A program made the position numbers and the translations under genes. The notes beneath the pieces were generated by a model that was not told where the DNA came from, searched no databases, and was given only the letters and a program-made list of their open reading frames with translations. From Candidatus Cloacimonas sp. (GTDB lineage: Bacteria; Cloacimonadota; Cloacimonadia; Cloacimonadales; Cloacimonadaceae), in NCBI GenBank assembly GCA_023227825.1, contig JALOCJ010000007.1, forward strand, positions 10,804 to 74,803: a DNA stretch of 64,000 bases, in the 5' to 3' direction. Below are positions 31,188-41,722 of this stretch, in pieces; within the stretch, counting starts at the first letter, position 1, and each line of letters starts with the position of its first letter.

Positions 31188-33155
31188 CTACTTGATGACA
31201 GTAACTTTTTTACGGCAGCATTGGTTGCCTGAATCTAATTGTAGCAGGTAAACACCGTTAGGTAAATTCAGGTTTAGGTTCTGAGAGACAAAGCCATTTA
31301 CACCACCGCGAAAAGTTTGTTCATAAACCTTTTGTCCCCGGATGTTATAGATAGTAAGTTTGGAGGGGGATTTATCCTGAAAATAGCTGACAGTAAAGCT
31401 ATTGCGAATAGGATTGGGTTTCACTTCCAAATGTATAACAACAGGAATGTAATTACCTTCTTCTATGGCAACGGGCAGAATAGTTAAAGTAACAATATTG
31501 GAAGGAAGCGATAGATGATCCGGAGAATAAAGCGCACACACATAAAAATCATAAGTTCCTGCTACAAAATCAGGTATAGTGCAAAAAGGGGTTTCTGCCG
31601 GTAAAGTAATATAGAGTTCTTCATTCACATAAACTAAATATTGATTTGGAGTAAGGGGTGGCTCCTGCCAACTTAAATGAACTGTTCCTTGTTCATCCAC
31701 ATATCCTTCCAGGGACTGAGGAGCAGGATAATATGCCCCTCCCAAAGTTCCATCGGGATTTAAGCGCATAGCATAAATGTCATAATCATTACCCTGTTCA
31801 TAAGCCAGCACGCTCCAACCCTGATTAGAAACACCTGCATCAAAATGCAATTTGGGATTGGCAACTGAATCCAGATAAACATCAGCAAGCCAGGGACTGC
31901 TTTGATCACTTTTTATGGCATTAACTTTTAAATGCTCATTGTAACTGTCTCCCGGGCTGGCAGCTGCAGTATAAAAACAATAGGCGGTATCCTGATAAAA
32001 ATAGGCAGCTACAGGATCAGGATAAGTATTTCCCTGAGCAATTATTTGCACTCCTGTATCTCCCCAAAGTCGGTTTCCGGAAAAATCCATAAGCTGTCTG
32101 GCAAGTCCAACATTATTCTGATCCGGATCGGTTGTGCGAAACCAGGCAAAGACCTTTTCGTTTTCCGTATCCACAGCCAGTTTCGGATAATATTGCTGAT
32201 TGAAAGTATCTGTGGAAATAAGAGTTCCGTTTTCCGGGGTGGTGGCTAAGCCACTGGAATTTACCCTTGCCATATAGACCTCGTTAATCATAACATTATA
32301 GCGGTCATCATACCAGGCAAGAACTGCTCCACCGCTGCCATCAGAAATAAAAGGAATAATTTGTTCCCAGGCAGTTAAACCCGCGGCAGAATTTACAGGT
32401 GTATTCCATATGGCAGTTCCTTCGGGGGAAAGCTTTGTAACAAAAACCTGACGATTAGGAGCCCAAAAAGGACCGCTGTCTATATAGTATTTCAGTAACA
32501 AATTACCATCTCCTGCATCCAGTAATTGGGGCCAGGTAAAACTAACAGCATCTCCGGCAAAAGTGATGCCATTTGTTCCCCATAAAAGTTCTCCGGCGGG
32601 AGATATTCTTTGCAAGTGGATTTCGGTAGTAAGAGCTGATCTTTGCCAGGCAACATAAACATCACCACTGGAATGACACAATAGAACAGGGCTCATATTA
32701 ATATAGTCAGTGCTGGTATCGTAAGAAAGAGCTATTCCAGTGTTGGAAAGCAAAATATTGCCTCCAGTATCCACTTTATACAGCATTACATTATTCACTC
32801 CGGCAGTGCGAATATCCTGAAAAGCAAGCCAGCAATTTCCTGTAAGGTCTACATCCAAATCCCATTCAGTTAACCAAGTCATTTGCGGAAAGCTACTAAC
32901 TAAAATGCCTCGGGGATTTTGCCATAAAAGATTGCCTGAGGAATCCAGATATTGCAACCAGACATCATAACTGCCGTTTACACTGTCAAAACGCCCTAAA
33001 TACATATTTCCATCATTTCCGATGGCTATTTTGGGGATAACTTGTTCTCCAGCCCCTCCCGCTAAAAGAGTTGGAGCTAAGGGAGAAGAGCTGAACTGGG
33101 CATTTAATCCGCAGAAAATCAGGAAAAGGGATAAGAGGAAAGTGATTCTTTTCAT
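31188..33155 (-). CDS. Secreted beta-propeller-like/FN3 protein with C-terminal sorting domain
   Basis: Signal peptide; repeated xDGxGG/RLWG units; HLSWQEPP FN3-like segment; C-terminus PNP...YNIRGQKV...NGVYLLQL. Confidence 0.7.
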   Translation of the reverse strand: MKRITFLLSLFLIFCGLNAQFSSSPLAPTLLAGGAGEQVIPKIAIGNDGNMYLGRFDSVNGSYDVWLQYLDSSGNLLWQNPRGILVSSFPQMTWLTEWDLDVDLTGNCWLAFQDIRTAGVNNVMLYKVDTGGNILLSNTGIALSYDTSTDYINMSPVLLCHSSGDVYVAWQRSALTTEIHLQRISPAGELLWGTNGITFAGDAVSFTWPQLLDAGDGNLLLKYYIDSGPFWAPNRQVFVTKLSPEGTAIWNTPVNSAAGLTAWEQIIPFISDGSGGAVLAWYDDRYNVMINEVYMARVNSSGLATTPENGTLISTDTFNQQYYPKLAVDTENEKVFAWFRTTDPDQNNVGLARQLMDFSGNRLWGDTGVQIIAQGNTYPDPVAAYFYQDTAYCFYTAAASPGDSYNEHLKVNAIKSDQSSPWLADVYLDSVANPKLHFDAGVSNQGWSVLAYEQGNDYDIYAMRLNPDGTLGGAYYPAPQSLEGYVDEQGTVHLSWQEPPLTPNQYLVYVNEELYITLPAETPFCTIPDFVAGTYDFYVCALYSPDHLSLPSNIVTLTILPVAIEEGNYIPVVIHLEVKPNPIRNSFTVSYFQDKSPSKLTIYNIRGQKVYEQTFRGGVNGFVSQNLNLNLPNGVYLLQLDSGNQCCRKKVTVIK

Positions 33156-33269
33156 TTTTTACCTCTAATAGTGATTTAACTATAGATAATCTAATCATTT
33201 TTTTTATGAATGCAAATCAAGAGATAAGATATTGTAAACGAGGCAAGTAAAGAATGACGAATATTTTCA

Positions 33270-33632
33270 CGCAGATTTCGCAGATTTCGCAGATTTGATT
33301 TGTGATTTCCAGAACCGTTGTTTCACGCAGATTTCGCAGATTTGATTTGTGATTGGTCTGAAGTGTCGTCATGAGTCATTAGCGGCTTGAAAGTTAGCCC
33401 AAGGAATTCAATTGTGAAGGAGCTAATGACTCCTGACTTAAGATTTGTGATTACCAGTACCGTTGTTTCACACAGATTTCGCTGATTTCGCAGATTTGAT
33501 TTGTGATTGGTTTGAAGTGCCGTTATGAGTCATAAGCGCCCCGAAAGTTAGTATAAGGAATTTAATTGTGAAGGCGCTAATGACTCCTGACTTAAGATTC
33601 AATTGTGAAGGCGCTAATGACTCCTGACTTAC
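33270..33632 (+). repeat. Composite tandem: 9-bp CGCAGATTT runs, two ~103-bp hairpin elements and one partial
   Basis: Copies at 33339-33440 and 33493-33594, partial at 33597-33632, all near-identical to 31039-31141. Confidence 0.85.
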
Positions 33633-33717
33633 AAATTGCTTGACTCAAACCCTTTTGTATAGATTATGACTTTTATAAAGATTAAGATTAGATTAAGAAA
33701 CAAAAGCAAGGCAATAA

Positions 33718-34167
33718 GTGGATAGCAAAAAGTCGGGGAAGTTCATTGATCAAAAGGTATTTCCTTTTCTGGTTATTGTTGTAAGTGCAATTTTGGGAAT
33801 TGGCTCGCGTAAATACGGGAATTATCTACCAAAATTTATTGCTGCGTATACAGGTGATACAATGTGGGCTTTAGCATTTTTTGCTTTTTTCCGGATGCTT
33901 TTTCCCCGTAAAAGGAATTGGGAAATTGCTCTGCTAACTTTTGATTTTTCCTGTTTAATTGAACTCAGTCAATTGTGGCATGCTGTCTGGTTGGAAAGAA
34001 TCCGTTCTACATTTTTTGGAGGGTTACTTTTGGGTTTCGGTTTTCGCTATAGTGATCTGTTTTGCTATTTTGGCGGTTGTTTTTCAGGTCTGCTGTTATT
34101 TTCCTTATGTAAAAGCCGGACAAGGAATAAAACGCTAATTGGGGAGGCAAATTGCTTAAAGAAATAA
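33718..34167 (+). CDS. DUF2809-family membrane protein
   Basis: YTGDTMWA, CLIELSQLWH, LLLGFGFRYSDL. Confidence 0.75.
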   Translation: MDSKKSGKFIDQKVFPFLVIVVSAILGIGSRKYGNYLPKFIAAYTGDTMWALAFFAFFRMLFPRKRNWEIALLTFDFSCLIELSQLWHAVWLERIRSTFFGGLLLGFGFRYSDLFCYFGGCFSGLLLFSLCKSRTRNKTLIGEANCLKK

Positions 34168-34185
34168 CTCTTTTATCTTTTTTGA

Positions 34186-34214
34186 TTGACGAAAATCATC
34201 TCTTTCGCTACAAT
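34186..34214 (+). promoter_or_regulatory. Sigma70-type promoter for the dapA operon
   Basis: TTGACG (34186-34191), 17-bp spacer, TACAAT (34209-34214). Confidence 0.65.
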
Positions 34215-34266
34215 GGAATAAAAATTGTTTAGAAATAAGGATATATAATCCTGGAGGTTAAAAAAA

Positions 34267-35142
34267 ATGCTGCAAGGAACTTATGTTGCTCTCATTACTC
34301 CTTTCAAAAATGGCAGTATTGATTGGACTGCTTTGGAAGACCTTATTCAGTTTCATCTGGATAATGGAACAACAGGAATTTTGCTTTTAGGAACAACTGC
34401 AGAAACAAGTGCTTTGGCTTCCGATGAAAAAGATGCTCTTTTGCGTTTTGCAATGAGAAAAATTGACGGCAAACTGCCTGTTATAATTGGCACCGGGACT
34501 AACAATTTACATCAGACACTGGCTGCTACGCAAAAAGCAAAAGAACTGGGAGCTGATTATGCTTTAGTTATCACTCCTTATTACATTAAGCCCACACAAA
34601 AAGGAATGTTGGAATACTTTGGAATAATTGCTTCCAAAGTGGATATACCTGTTATTATTTATAATGTTCCCGGTAGAACAGGAGTGAATATTACTGCTGC
34701 TACAACTGTTGAACTGGCAAGGACCTATCCTAATATTGTAGCAATCAAAGAAGCAAGCGGAAATTTAGTTCAAGTAACTCAAATTGTGCGTGATGCCCCG
34801 GAAAATTTTTCTGTAATGTGCGGAGAAGATGCTTTGAACCTTCCTTTAATTGCTGTTGGTGCTAAAGGAACTATTTCCGTTACGGCAAATGTGGCTCCCA
34901 AACTAATGAGTGAACATATTGCTACTTGCCTGAAAGGTGATTTTATTACAGCTGCCAAGCAACATCAATATTTGGTGCGCTTAAATGAAATGATGTTTAT
35001 TGAAACCAATCCTATTCCCGCTAAAGAGGCACTGGCTATGATGGGAAAAATTACATTGGCTTTTCGCAGCCCTATGTGTCCTTTGCTGGAAAACAATCGT
35101 GCTCTGTTAAAACAATGTTTACAGGACTATAAACTGATATAA
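34267..35142 (+). CDS. dapA: 4-hydroxy-tetrahydrodipicolinate synthase
   Basis: ALITPF, GTTAE, YNVPGRT, IKEASG, ETNPIP. Confidence 0.92.
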   Translation: MLQGTYVALITPFKNGSIDWTALEDLIQFHLDNGTTGILLLGTTAETSALASDEKDALLRFAMRKIDGKLPVIIGTGTNNLHQTLAATQKAKELGADYALVITPYYIKPTQKGMLEYFGIIASKVDIPVIIYNVPGRTGVNITAATTVELARTYPNIVAIKEASGNLVQVTQIVRDAPENFSVMCGEDALNLPLIAVGAKGTISVTANVAPKLMSEHIATCLKGDFITAAKQHQYLVRLNEMMFIETNPIPAKEALAMMGKITLAFRSPMCPLLENNRALLKQCLQDYKLI

Positions 35143-35152
35143 GAGGTGATAA

Positions 35153-38074
35153 ATGAAACAAAAAAAGTTACTCCACGGCTTCCAGCTGATTGAAAAGAAG
35201 GAAATTAAAGAGATAAAGGTAACTGCCTATCGCTATCAGCATTTACAAAGTGGCGCTGATCTTATGCACTATCAATGTGACGATGATAACAAGGTTTTTA
35301 TGATCGGGTTTAAAACAGTTCCGGAAGATAATAGCGGCTGTCCTCATATTTTGGAACACGCTGTTCTGAACGGTAGTAAAAACTATCCTGCTAAAAGTAC
35401 TTTTATGGAACTGATTAAGGGAAGTATGAACACTTTTGTTAATGCTATGACTTTTTCCGATATGACCTGCTATCCTGTAGCCAGCACAAATGATAAGGAT
35501 TTTATAAACCTGATGCGGGTTTACCTGGATGCAGTGTTTTTTCCCAATATCTACAAAGAGCCCAATATCTTACATCAGGAGGGCTGGCATTTGGAATTAA
35601 CTGCTGAAGATGCTCCTTTGAACTATCGGGGTGTTGTTTATAATGAAATGAAGGGCGCTTTTTCCTCTCCTGAGAATAATATCAGTCGGAAAAGCAGACA
35701 AACACAGTTTCCAGATACACCCTATGGTTTTGAAAGCGGAGGTGATCCTGAAGCAATACCGGAACTTACTTATGAAAAGTTTCTTGCCTTCCACAGCAAA
35801 TATTATCACTCCGCTAACAGTAAAATAACCCTTTACGGAGATATGGATATTGAGCAGACACTGAAAATTATAGATGAGGAATACTTATCCCAATTTGAAG
35901 ATAATCAGCAAAAAGTGCAAGTTCCACTGCAAAAACCCTTCAGTAAAACCAAAGTTTTGAATATGGAAATCCCTGTAGAAGAAGGCAAAAATATTGAAGA
36001 TCAATATTATCTTTCTTTGAACTGGACTTATGGTCAGATTACCGATAAATATCTGCCTCAAGCATTAAAAGCATTAATGGAAATGTTGATGGATACCCCG
36101 GCTTCACCTTTAAAAAAAGCAATTCAAGAATCCGGTTATGCTAAAGACAGTTCATTTTCCGTAGATGAGGATATCCTCCAGCCAACTATATTCCTGCTCT
36201 GCAAATATGTAAAAAAGGAAAATATTGAACCCTTAACAAAGTTAATTAAACAGGAATTGAAAAGAATAGCGAAAGAAGGTCTGGATAAAAAACTGATTGA
36301 AGCAGTCATCAATAAAACGGAATTCTCTTTGCGGGAAGCACAATATAGATTTTACCCCAAGGGCTTGATTTATGCTCTTAATTCACAAGGACTTTGGATG
36401 CATCAAGGTAATCCTGTAGATAAGCTTGCTTTTGAACCAATGCTGAAGGACTTGCGACGCGGTTTGAAAGAACCCTATTTTGAAGAACTAATGGAAAAGG
36501 TCTTGCTGAACAATAAACACTCCAGCCAAATTACCTTTATTCCCGTTCCCGGTTTAATTCAGAAAATGGAACAGGAAACCGCTGAAAAGTTAGCTGTCTT
36601 GAAGAAGAAAATGAAGAAAAAAGAAATCGCCAAACTGATTGAATTTAATCAGCAATTGTTAAAATGGCAGCAGGAGCCCGAAAAAAAGGAAAATCTGGAA
36701 AAGATTCCGATGCTTTCTTTAAAAGACCTTAATCCTAATGCCAAACGCTATCCAACTGAAGAAGAAACCTGGAATGGAATTAAACTGCTGAAACATCCGG
36801 TAACTACAAATGGAATTGTTTATTTCAAGACCTACTTTGACCTTGCTTATGCAGAAGAAGAAGACCTGCCCTGGATTGAACTTTATACTCAACTGGTGGA
36901 CTGGATGAACAGTGAAAATTACAGCTATGCAAAACGCTCTACGGAAATTGATAGTAATACCGGGGGAATATCTTTGGATATATCTCTTTTTAACAGCTAC
37001 CAAACCCCGGACGATATTTTGCCTAAGATTGTCTTACGCGGCAAGGCGGTTAAAGATAAATTCGGTAAATTAATGGAACTTGGCTCTGAATTTGCTTTAA
37101 AACCACTTTTTGATGAGCCGGAACGCTTAAAGAAACTGCTGGCTGAATTAAAAGCCAAAAGTGAAGCAATGCTATCCTTCAGGGGACATATAATTGCAAT
37201 CCAGAGAATGCTGAAACCCCTTTCTCAACTCTACCATTGGATAGATATAACTCACGGACTTGGTTATTACCATTTCTTAAGTGACCTGGTAAGTAATATG
37301 GATTCCGGTATAGATGAAATCATAGATGAACTGAACTGGATAAAAAAGACCTTCTTTACAACTCATAATATGATAATTGGTCTCACTGCAGATGAAGATA
37401 TTATTCCTTCTGCTGTAGAAAAACTGGGTTCTTTTATAGATTGCGTTTCTACTGAGGCATTTGCTCCTGTGGAAAGTCATTTTGCTGTGCGGCAATATAA
37501 TGAAGGTATTTATGCTCCTGTTCAAGTTCAATTCTGTGCCAAAGGGGGTAACTTTTTCCGTAAGGGCTATTCCTACAGCGGAAAGCTGCGAGTGCTGAAT
37601 AATATTTTAAAAAACAACTATCTGTACCAGGAATTGCGTGTGAAAGGTGGCGCTTATGGTAATATGAGTGATTTTACTTTAGGCGGCTATGTATTCTTTG
37701 TCTCCTATCGCGATCCGAACTTAAGAGAGACCTTGGAGGTCTATAATACTATTCCTGAATTTTTAAGGAATTTTGAATGCAATAAGCGGGAATTTGATAA
37801 ATATATCATTGGTGAAGTATCGTCTCTGGATTTTCCTTTAACTCCTGAAGGAATTGGCGATAAAGCAGATGAGGATTATATTACCGGTTTCACTTTTGAA
37901 GATAGACAGCAAATCAGAGATGAAGTGCTTGCCGCTAAAATTGAAGATATGAGAAACTATGCCGAACTGGTAGAAGCAGTAATGAACAAAAATCACTATG
38001 CTGTTTTCGGTTCGGAAACCAAAGTGAAAGAAGCCGCAGACCTTTTTGATGCTATAACTCCTGCACTTAAATAG
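35153..38074 (+). CDS. Insulinase-family metallopeptidase (M16C, presequence-protease-like)
   Basis: PHILEHAVLNGS (HxxEH), FVNAMT, GVVYNEMKG, ELRVKGGAYG, SYRDPN. Confidence 0.92.
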   Translation: MKQKKLLHGFQLIEKKEIKEIKVTAYRYQHLQSGADLMHYQCDDDNKVFMIGFKTVPEDNSGCPHILEHAVLNGSKNYPAKSTFMELIKGSMNTFVNAMTFSDMTCYPVASTNDKDFINLMRVYLDAVFFPNIYKEPNILHQEGWHLELTAEDAPLNYRGVVYNEMKGAFSSPENNISRKSRQTQFPDTPYGFESGGDPEAIPELTYEKFLAFHSKYYHSANSKITLYGDMDIEQTLKIIDEEYLSQFEDNQQKVQVPLQKPFSKTKVLNMEIPVEEGKNIEDQYYLSLNWTYGQITDKYLPQALKALMEMLMDTPASPLKKAIQESGYAKDSSFSVDEDILQPTIFLLCKYVKKENIEPLTKLIKQELKRIAKEGLDKKLIEAVINKTEFSLREAQYRFYPKGLIYALNSQGLWMHQGNPVDKLAFEPMLKDLRRGLKEPYFEELMEKVLLNNKHSSQITFIPVPGLIQKMEQETAEKLAVLKKKMKKKEIAKLIEFNQQLLKWQQEPEKKENLEKIPMLSLKDLNPNAKRYPTEEETWNGIKLLKHPVTTNGIVYFKTYFDLAYAEEEDLPWIELYTQLVDWMNSENYSYAKRSTEIDSNTGGISLDISLFNSYQTPDDILPKIVLRGKAVKDKFGKLMELGSEFALKPLFDEPERLKKLLAELKAKSEAMLSFRGHIIAIQRMLKPLSQLYHWIDITHGLGYYHFLSDLVSNMDSGIDEIIDELNWIKKTFFTTHNMIIGLTADEDIIPSAVEKLGSFIDCVSTEAFAPVESHFAVRQYNEGIYAPVQVQFCAKGGNFFRKGYSYSGKLRVLNNILKNNYLYQELRVKGGAYGNMSDFTLGGYVFFVSYRDPNLRETLEVYNTIPEFLRNFECNKREFDKYIIGEVSSLDFPLTPEGIGDKADEDYITGFTFEDRQQIRDEVLAAKIEDMRNYAELVEAVMNKNHYAVFGSETKVKEAADLFDAITPALK

Positions 38075-38099
38075 AGCCAAAGTTACTCTCTGGAGGGAA

Positions 38100-39164
38100 A
38101 TGAAACAAAAAGATAAAAAGAAAACAAAACGCTGGACTGAGAGAATAAAAAATATCCATTTACCTGATCCGGATATTCTGGATGAGGTTAAGGAGAAATC
38201 AAAATATAAAACAGCCCGCGTAAGCACTAAAGCAAATCAGTCCTGTAAGGAAGGGCTGCAACTGGTGCAAGGCAGAATTATGGAAATTAAAAGCAACTAC
38301 CACTATATTGTAGAAATTAACGGTATACTGGAAACAGCTAAATTAAGCGGTCGGCTGAAACAATTTTTGTATCAAAGCCACACTATTGCTGCCATAGGAG
38401 ATTTTGTTGCCGTAGATATTTCCAATTCCACAGATAAACGCATTGAAAAAATTATACCTCGTCGGAACGCTTTAATTCGTTACGGGACAGGCAGTTTTCA
38501 AAAAGAGATTATCCTGGCTGCCAATGTTGATCAGGTTATTATTACTTCTTCCTGGAGAAAACCAAGATTTAAAGCAGGACTTATAGACCGCTATCTTTGT
38601 ATCGTTACCATCCAGAAGTTAAAGCCCGTTATTGTTATTAATAAAATAGACCTGCTGGAAGATGAACAGGAATTGGAAGCGCAAACTGCTTATTATAAAA
38701 CAATGGGTTATCCCCTGGTCTGCACTTCCACCGTAAATGGAACAGGTATGCAGGAATTGATGGATTTGTTGAAAGATAAAGATTCAGTGTTTACAGGGCA
38801 TTCAGGAACCGGAAAGACCTCGCTGATAAATTATTTGGAGCCCTCACTAAATCTTACCACGGCAGAAGTTAGTGACCGCAACGAAAAAGGGAAACATACT
38901 ACTTCTCAATCAATATTAATTCCCTGGAGTTTTGGAGGTCACCTTTTAGATACCCCCGGAATTAAAACCATCACTTTGCACAGTGAAGATAAGGAACATA
39001 TTCCTAAGGTTTTTCCTGGTTTTGAACGACTGTATGGTAAATGCAAATTTAACGATTGCCGTCATATTAATGAAGATGACTGTGCTGTTTTGGCAGCAGT
39101 GGAAAAAGGTATTATTCCTTTTGAACGCTACGATAGCTATCAATATCTGTATGCGAGTTTATGA
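38100..39164 (+). CDS. rsgA: Ribosome small subunit-dependent GTPase A
   Basis: AANVDQ, NKID, GHSGTGKTS, GKHTT, DTPG, CKFNDCRHINEDDCAV. Confidence 0.95.
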   Translation: MKQKDKKKTKRWTERIKNIHLPDPDILDEVKEKSKYKTARVSTKANQSCKEGLQLVQGRIMEIKSNYHYIVEINGILETAKLSGRLKQFLYQSHTIAAIGDFVAVDISNSTDKRIEKIIPRRNALIRYGTGSFQKEIILAANVDQVIITSSWRKPRFKAGLIDRYLCIVTIQKLKPVIVINKIDLLEDEQELEAQTAYYKTMGYPLVCTSTVNGTGMQELMDLLKDKDSVFTGHSGTGKTSLINYLEPSLNLTTAEVSDRNEKGKHTTSQSILIPWSFGGHLLDTPGIKTITLHSEDKEHIPKVFPGFERLYGKCKFNDCRHINEDDCAVLAAVEKGIIPFERYDSYQYLYASL

Positions 39165-40018
39165 TGCAAAACTTTGCGGTTTATATCAATCCTGCCTTCA
39201 GTGACAAAAAAAGCATTTATAACTTGCTGGAAAAATTAAGGAACGATTCCGACATCAATTTCTTCAGCATAGAATCCATTCCCGATTTACCTAAAGAACT
39301 GTTTAAACCTTTACCTAAACCGGTAAACAGTAAACATATTGATTGTATTCTGGTTTTTGGAGGCGATGGCACTATCTTAAAAGCGAAGGACTTGGCTCTG
39401 TTAACCGGAGCTCCGATTTTAGGAATCAATCTTGGCTATTTGGGTTTCCTTTCCGAAAGTGTGCTTCCTGAAATTGCCTCTTCCATTCAGAATTTAAAAC
39501 AGGGGAAATACCGTCTCCTGCACAGAATGTTAATAGAAAGCCATCTGAAAAGGGAAGGGAAAATAATCTATGAAGCACTGGCATTAAATGATGCAGTTAT
39601 TCATAAAGCAGAAAGCCCCGGCTTAATTCATATTCGGATTAAAGCCAGTGGACGCTATGTATTTGATACCCGTTGTGATGGAATTATAACAGCTACTCCA
39701 ACCGGTTCAACTGCCTATTCACTTGCGGCAGGGGGTCCTATTTTAGCTCCCGAAATGAAAGCAATTGTTCTTTCACCGCTTAATCCTCATATTTTAGCCA
39801 TCAGACCTATGGTTTTTCCGGCAACAGAACGCCTGGATATGAAGATTTATGGATTAAGTCAACCGGCAATGTTACAAATTGACGGTCAAAACTCACAATC
39901 CATTCAGGAAGGCGATGAAGTTTTGGTAACTGCTTCTGAGCGTAGTGTTTCTTTCATTAAACTCTCCAACAGGACTTTCTATCAAATCCTGCGTAGAAAA
40001 CTCAATTTGGGCAAGTAA
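39161..40018 (+). CDS. nadK: NAD(+) kinase
   Basis: FGGDGT, GINLGYLGFL, ALNDA, ATPTGSTAYSLAAGGP. Confidence 0.95.
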   Translation: MMQNFAVYINPAFSDKKSIYNLLEKLRNDSDINFFSIESIPDLPKELFKPLPKPVNSKHIDCILVFGGDGTILKAKDLALLTGAPILGINLGYLGFLSESVLPEIASSIQNLKQGKYRLLHRMLIESHLKREGKIIYEALALNDAVIHKAESPGLIHIRIKASGRYVFDTRCDGIITATPTGSTAYSLAAGGPILAPEMKAIVLSPLNPHILAIRPMVFPATERLDMKIYGLSQPAMLQIDGQNSQSIQEGDEVLVTASERSVSFIKLSNRTFYQILRRKLNLGK

Positions 40019-41721
40019 TGCTGACAGAATTATATATCAAAAATTATCTGTTGGTTCCGGAAATGCGCTTGTCATTAGATAAAGGTTTAACCGTTATCAG
40101 TGGTGAAACAGGAGCCGGTAAATCAGTTGTAGCAGGTTCAATTTCTTTAATTTTCGGGGATAACCTGGCAGGTATTGAAGCATTTGATAAAGAACAGCCC
40201 ATCTATCTGGAAGTTAGCTATAATCTTAAAGACGCAGAAGAACTGAATAAATTCCTTGCACAAAGCGGAATAGAAACAGAGGAAGAGTTAATATTGGCAC
40301 GAGAAATTTACCCTAACGGCAAATCCGGTTACTTTTTAAATGGTCGTAAAGTAGGAGTAAGCTTACTGAAAGAACTGAAAAGTTATCTCATTGATTTTCA
40401 TCATCAAAGGGATCAACAGCGTTTGCTTTCTCCCTCTTATCAACTATATTTATTAGATGCTTATGCTAATTTAACAACCCTCAGAGAGGAATTTGCTATC
40501 TTATACAGAGAACTGAAGGCAGGATTGAAAACCCTGGATGAACTGAAAAATGAGGCAGAAAGACAAAAAGAGATTATTGAACTTTATCGCTTTCAATATG
40601 AAGAACTGGAAAACGCCAAATTGCACAAGAATGAAGATGTAGAATTGCAAAATGAATATGAACTGCTGTCCCGAACTTTGGAAATAAAAGAACTTAGTGA
40701 CCAAATTACTGCAGAAATATTGGAGCAGGAAAACAGCGTTTTTGATGTGATTAGCAGCTACTTAAGTAAATTGAAACATTACGCACAACTAAATGTTGAA
40801 ATCGGAAATGCTGTAAATAATATGCAACAGGCATTGGAAAACCTACAGGAAGCATCTCTCAATCTTTCCCGCTCTAAAGATAATTATTCCTTTGAACCAC
40901 AACGCTTGCAGGATATTCAAAATCGCCTGGATTTGATTAATTCCCTGGTGCATAAACACAAAGTTCGCAGTATTGAAGAATTGCTTACTATTTTTGCCGA
41001 AAGGTCTGTCCAAATTGCTGCTTTTACAGATAACGAAAAGACAATTGCTGAACTGGAAAAGCTCCTGGAAAAGAATTTTGCCCTATTGAGGGAAAAAAGT
41101 GAAGAGCTCTCCCGCAAAAGACAAAAATCCGCTGCTGAACTTAGTAAGGAATTGCAGGAGAATATTCGCTCTCTAAGCATTCCCGAGGGAATATTGGAAA
41201 TTAGGATTGACAAAAAAGCGGAGAATAATTTTGTAATTTCTGATTATTTATCTGTTGTTTCAGAAAACGGTCAGGATAGTGTGGAATTTCTTTTTTCCGC
41301 TAATCCGGGTTTTGAATTAAAGCCCTTATCTGCAGTTGTTAGCGGAGGTGAATTATCCAGAATTTTGCTGGCTATAAAAAAAGTTCTGGCAGACAGATTA
41401 GAGCCCAAACTGATTATTTTAGATGAAATAGAATCAGGAATTGGGGGAAAAACAGCAGCTAAAGTAGCTGATTTTATTGCCAAATTAGCTGAAAGACAAC
41501 AGGTTTTGTGTATTACACACCTGGCTCAGATTGCTGCACGAGCTGAAAAACACTTGGTAATAGAAAAATTTACTAAAGGGGAGAAAAGTTTTGTGGATAT
41601 ACGCAAAGTGGAAGATGAGCAACGCTTGCAGGAAATTGCCAGAATGCTTTCCGGAACCTTAACTGCCAAAGCTCTGGAACATGCTGCAGAATTATTAAAA
41701 GAAATAAATAAAAGAGGTTAA
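40018..41721 (+). CDS. recN: DNA repair protein RecN
   Basis: SGETGAGKS, SGGELSR, LDEIESGIGG, ITHLAQIAA. Confidence 0.95.
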   Translation: MLTELYIKNYLLVPEMRLSLDKGLTVISGETGAGKSVVAGSISLIFGDNLAGIEAFDKEQPIYLEVSYNLKDAEELNKFLAQSGIETEEELILAREIYPNGKSGYFLNGRKVGVSLLKELKSYLIDFHHQRDQQRLLSPSYQLYLLDAYANLTTLREEFAILYRELKAGLKTLDELKNEAERQKEIIELYRFQYEELENAKLHKNEDVELQNEYELLSRTLEIKELSDQITAEILEQENSVFDVISSYLSKLKHYAQLNVEIGNAVNNMQQALENLQEASLNLSRSKDNYSFEPQRLQDIQNRLDLINSLVHKHKVRSIEELLTIFAERSVQIAAFTDNEKTIAELEKLLEKNFALLREKSEELSRKRQKSAAELSKELQENIRSLSIPEGILEIRIDKKAENNFVISDYLSVVSENGQDSVEFLFSANPGFELKPLSAVVSGGELSRILLAIKKVLADRLEPKLIILDEIESGIGGKTAAKVADFIAKLAERQQVLCITHLAQIAARAEKHLVIEKFTKGEKSFVDIRKVEDEQRLQEIARMLSGTLTAKALEHAAELLKEINKRG

Positions 41722-41722
41722 T

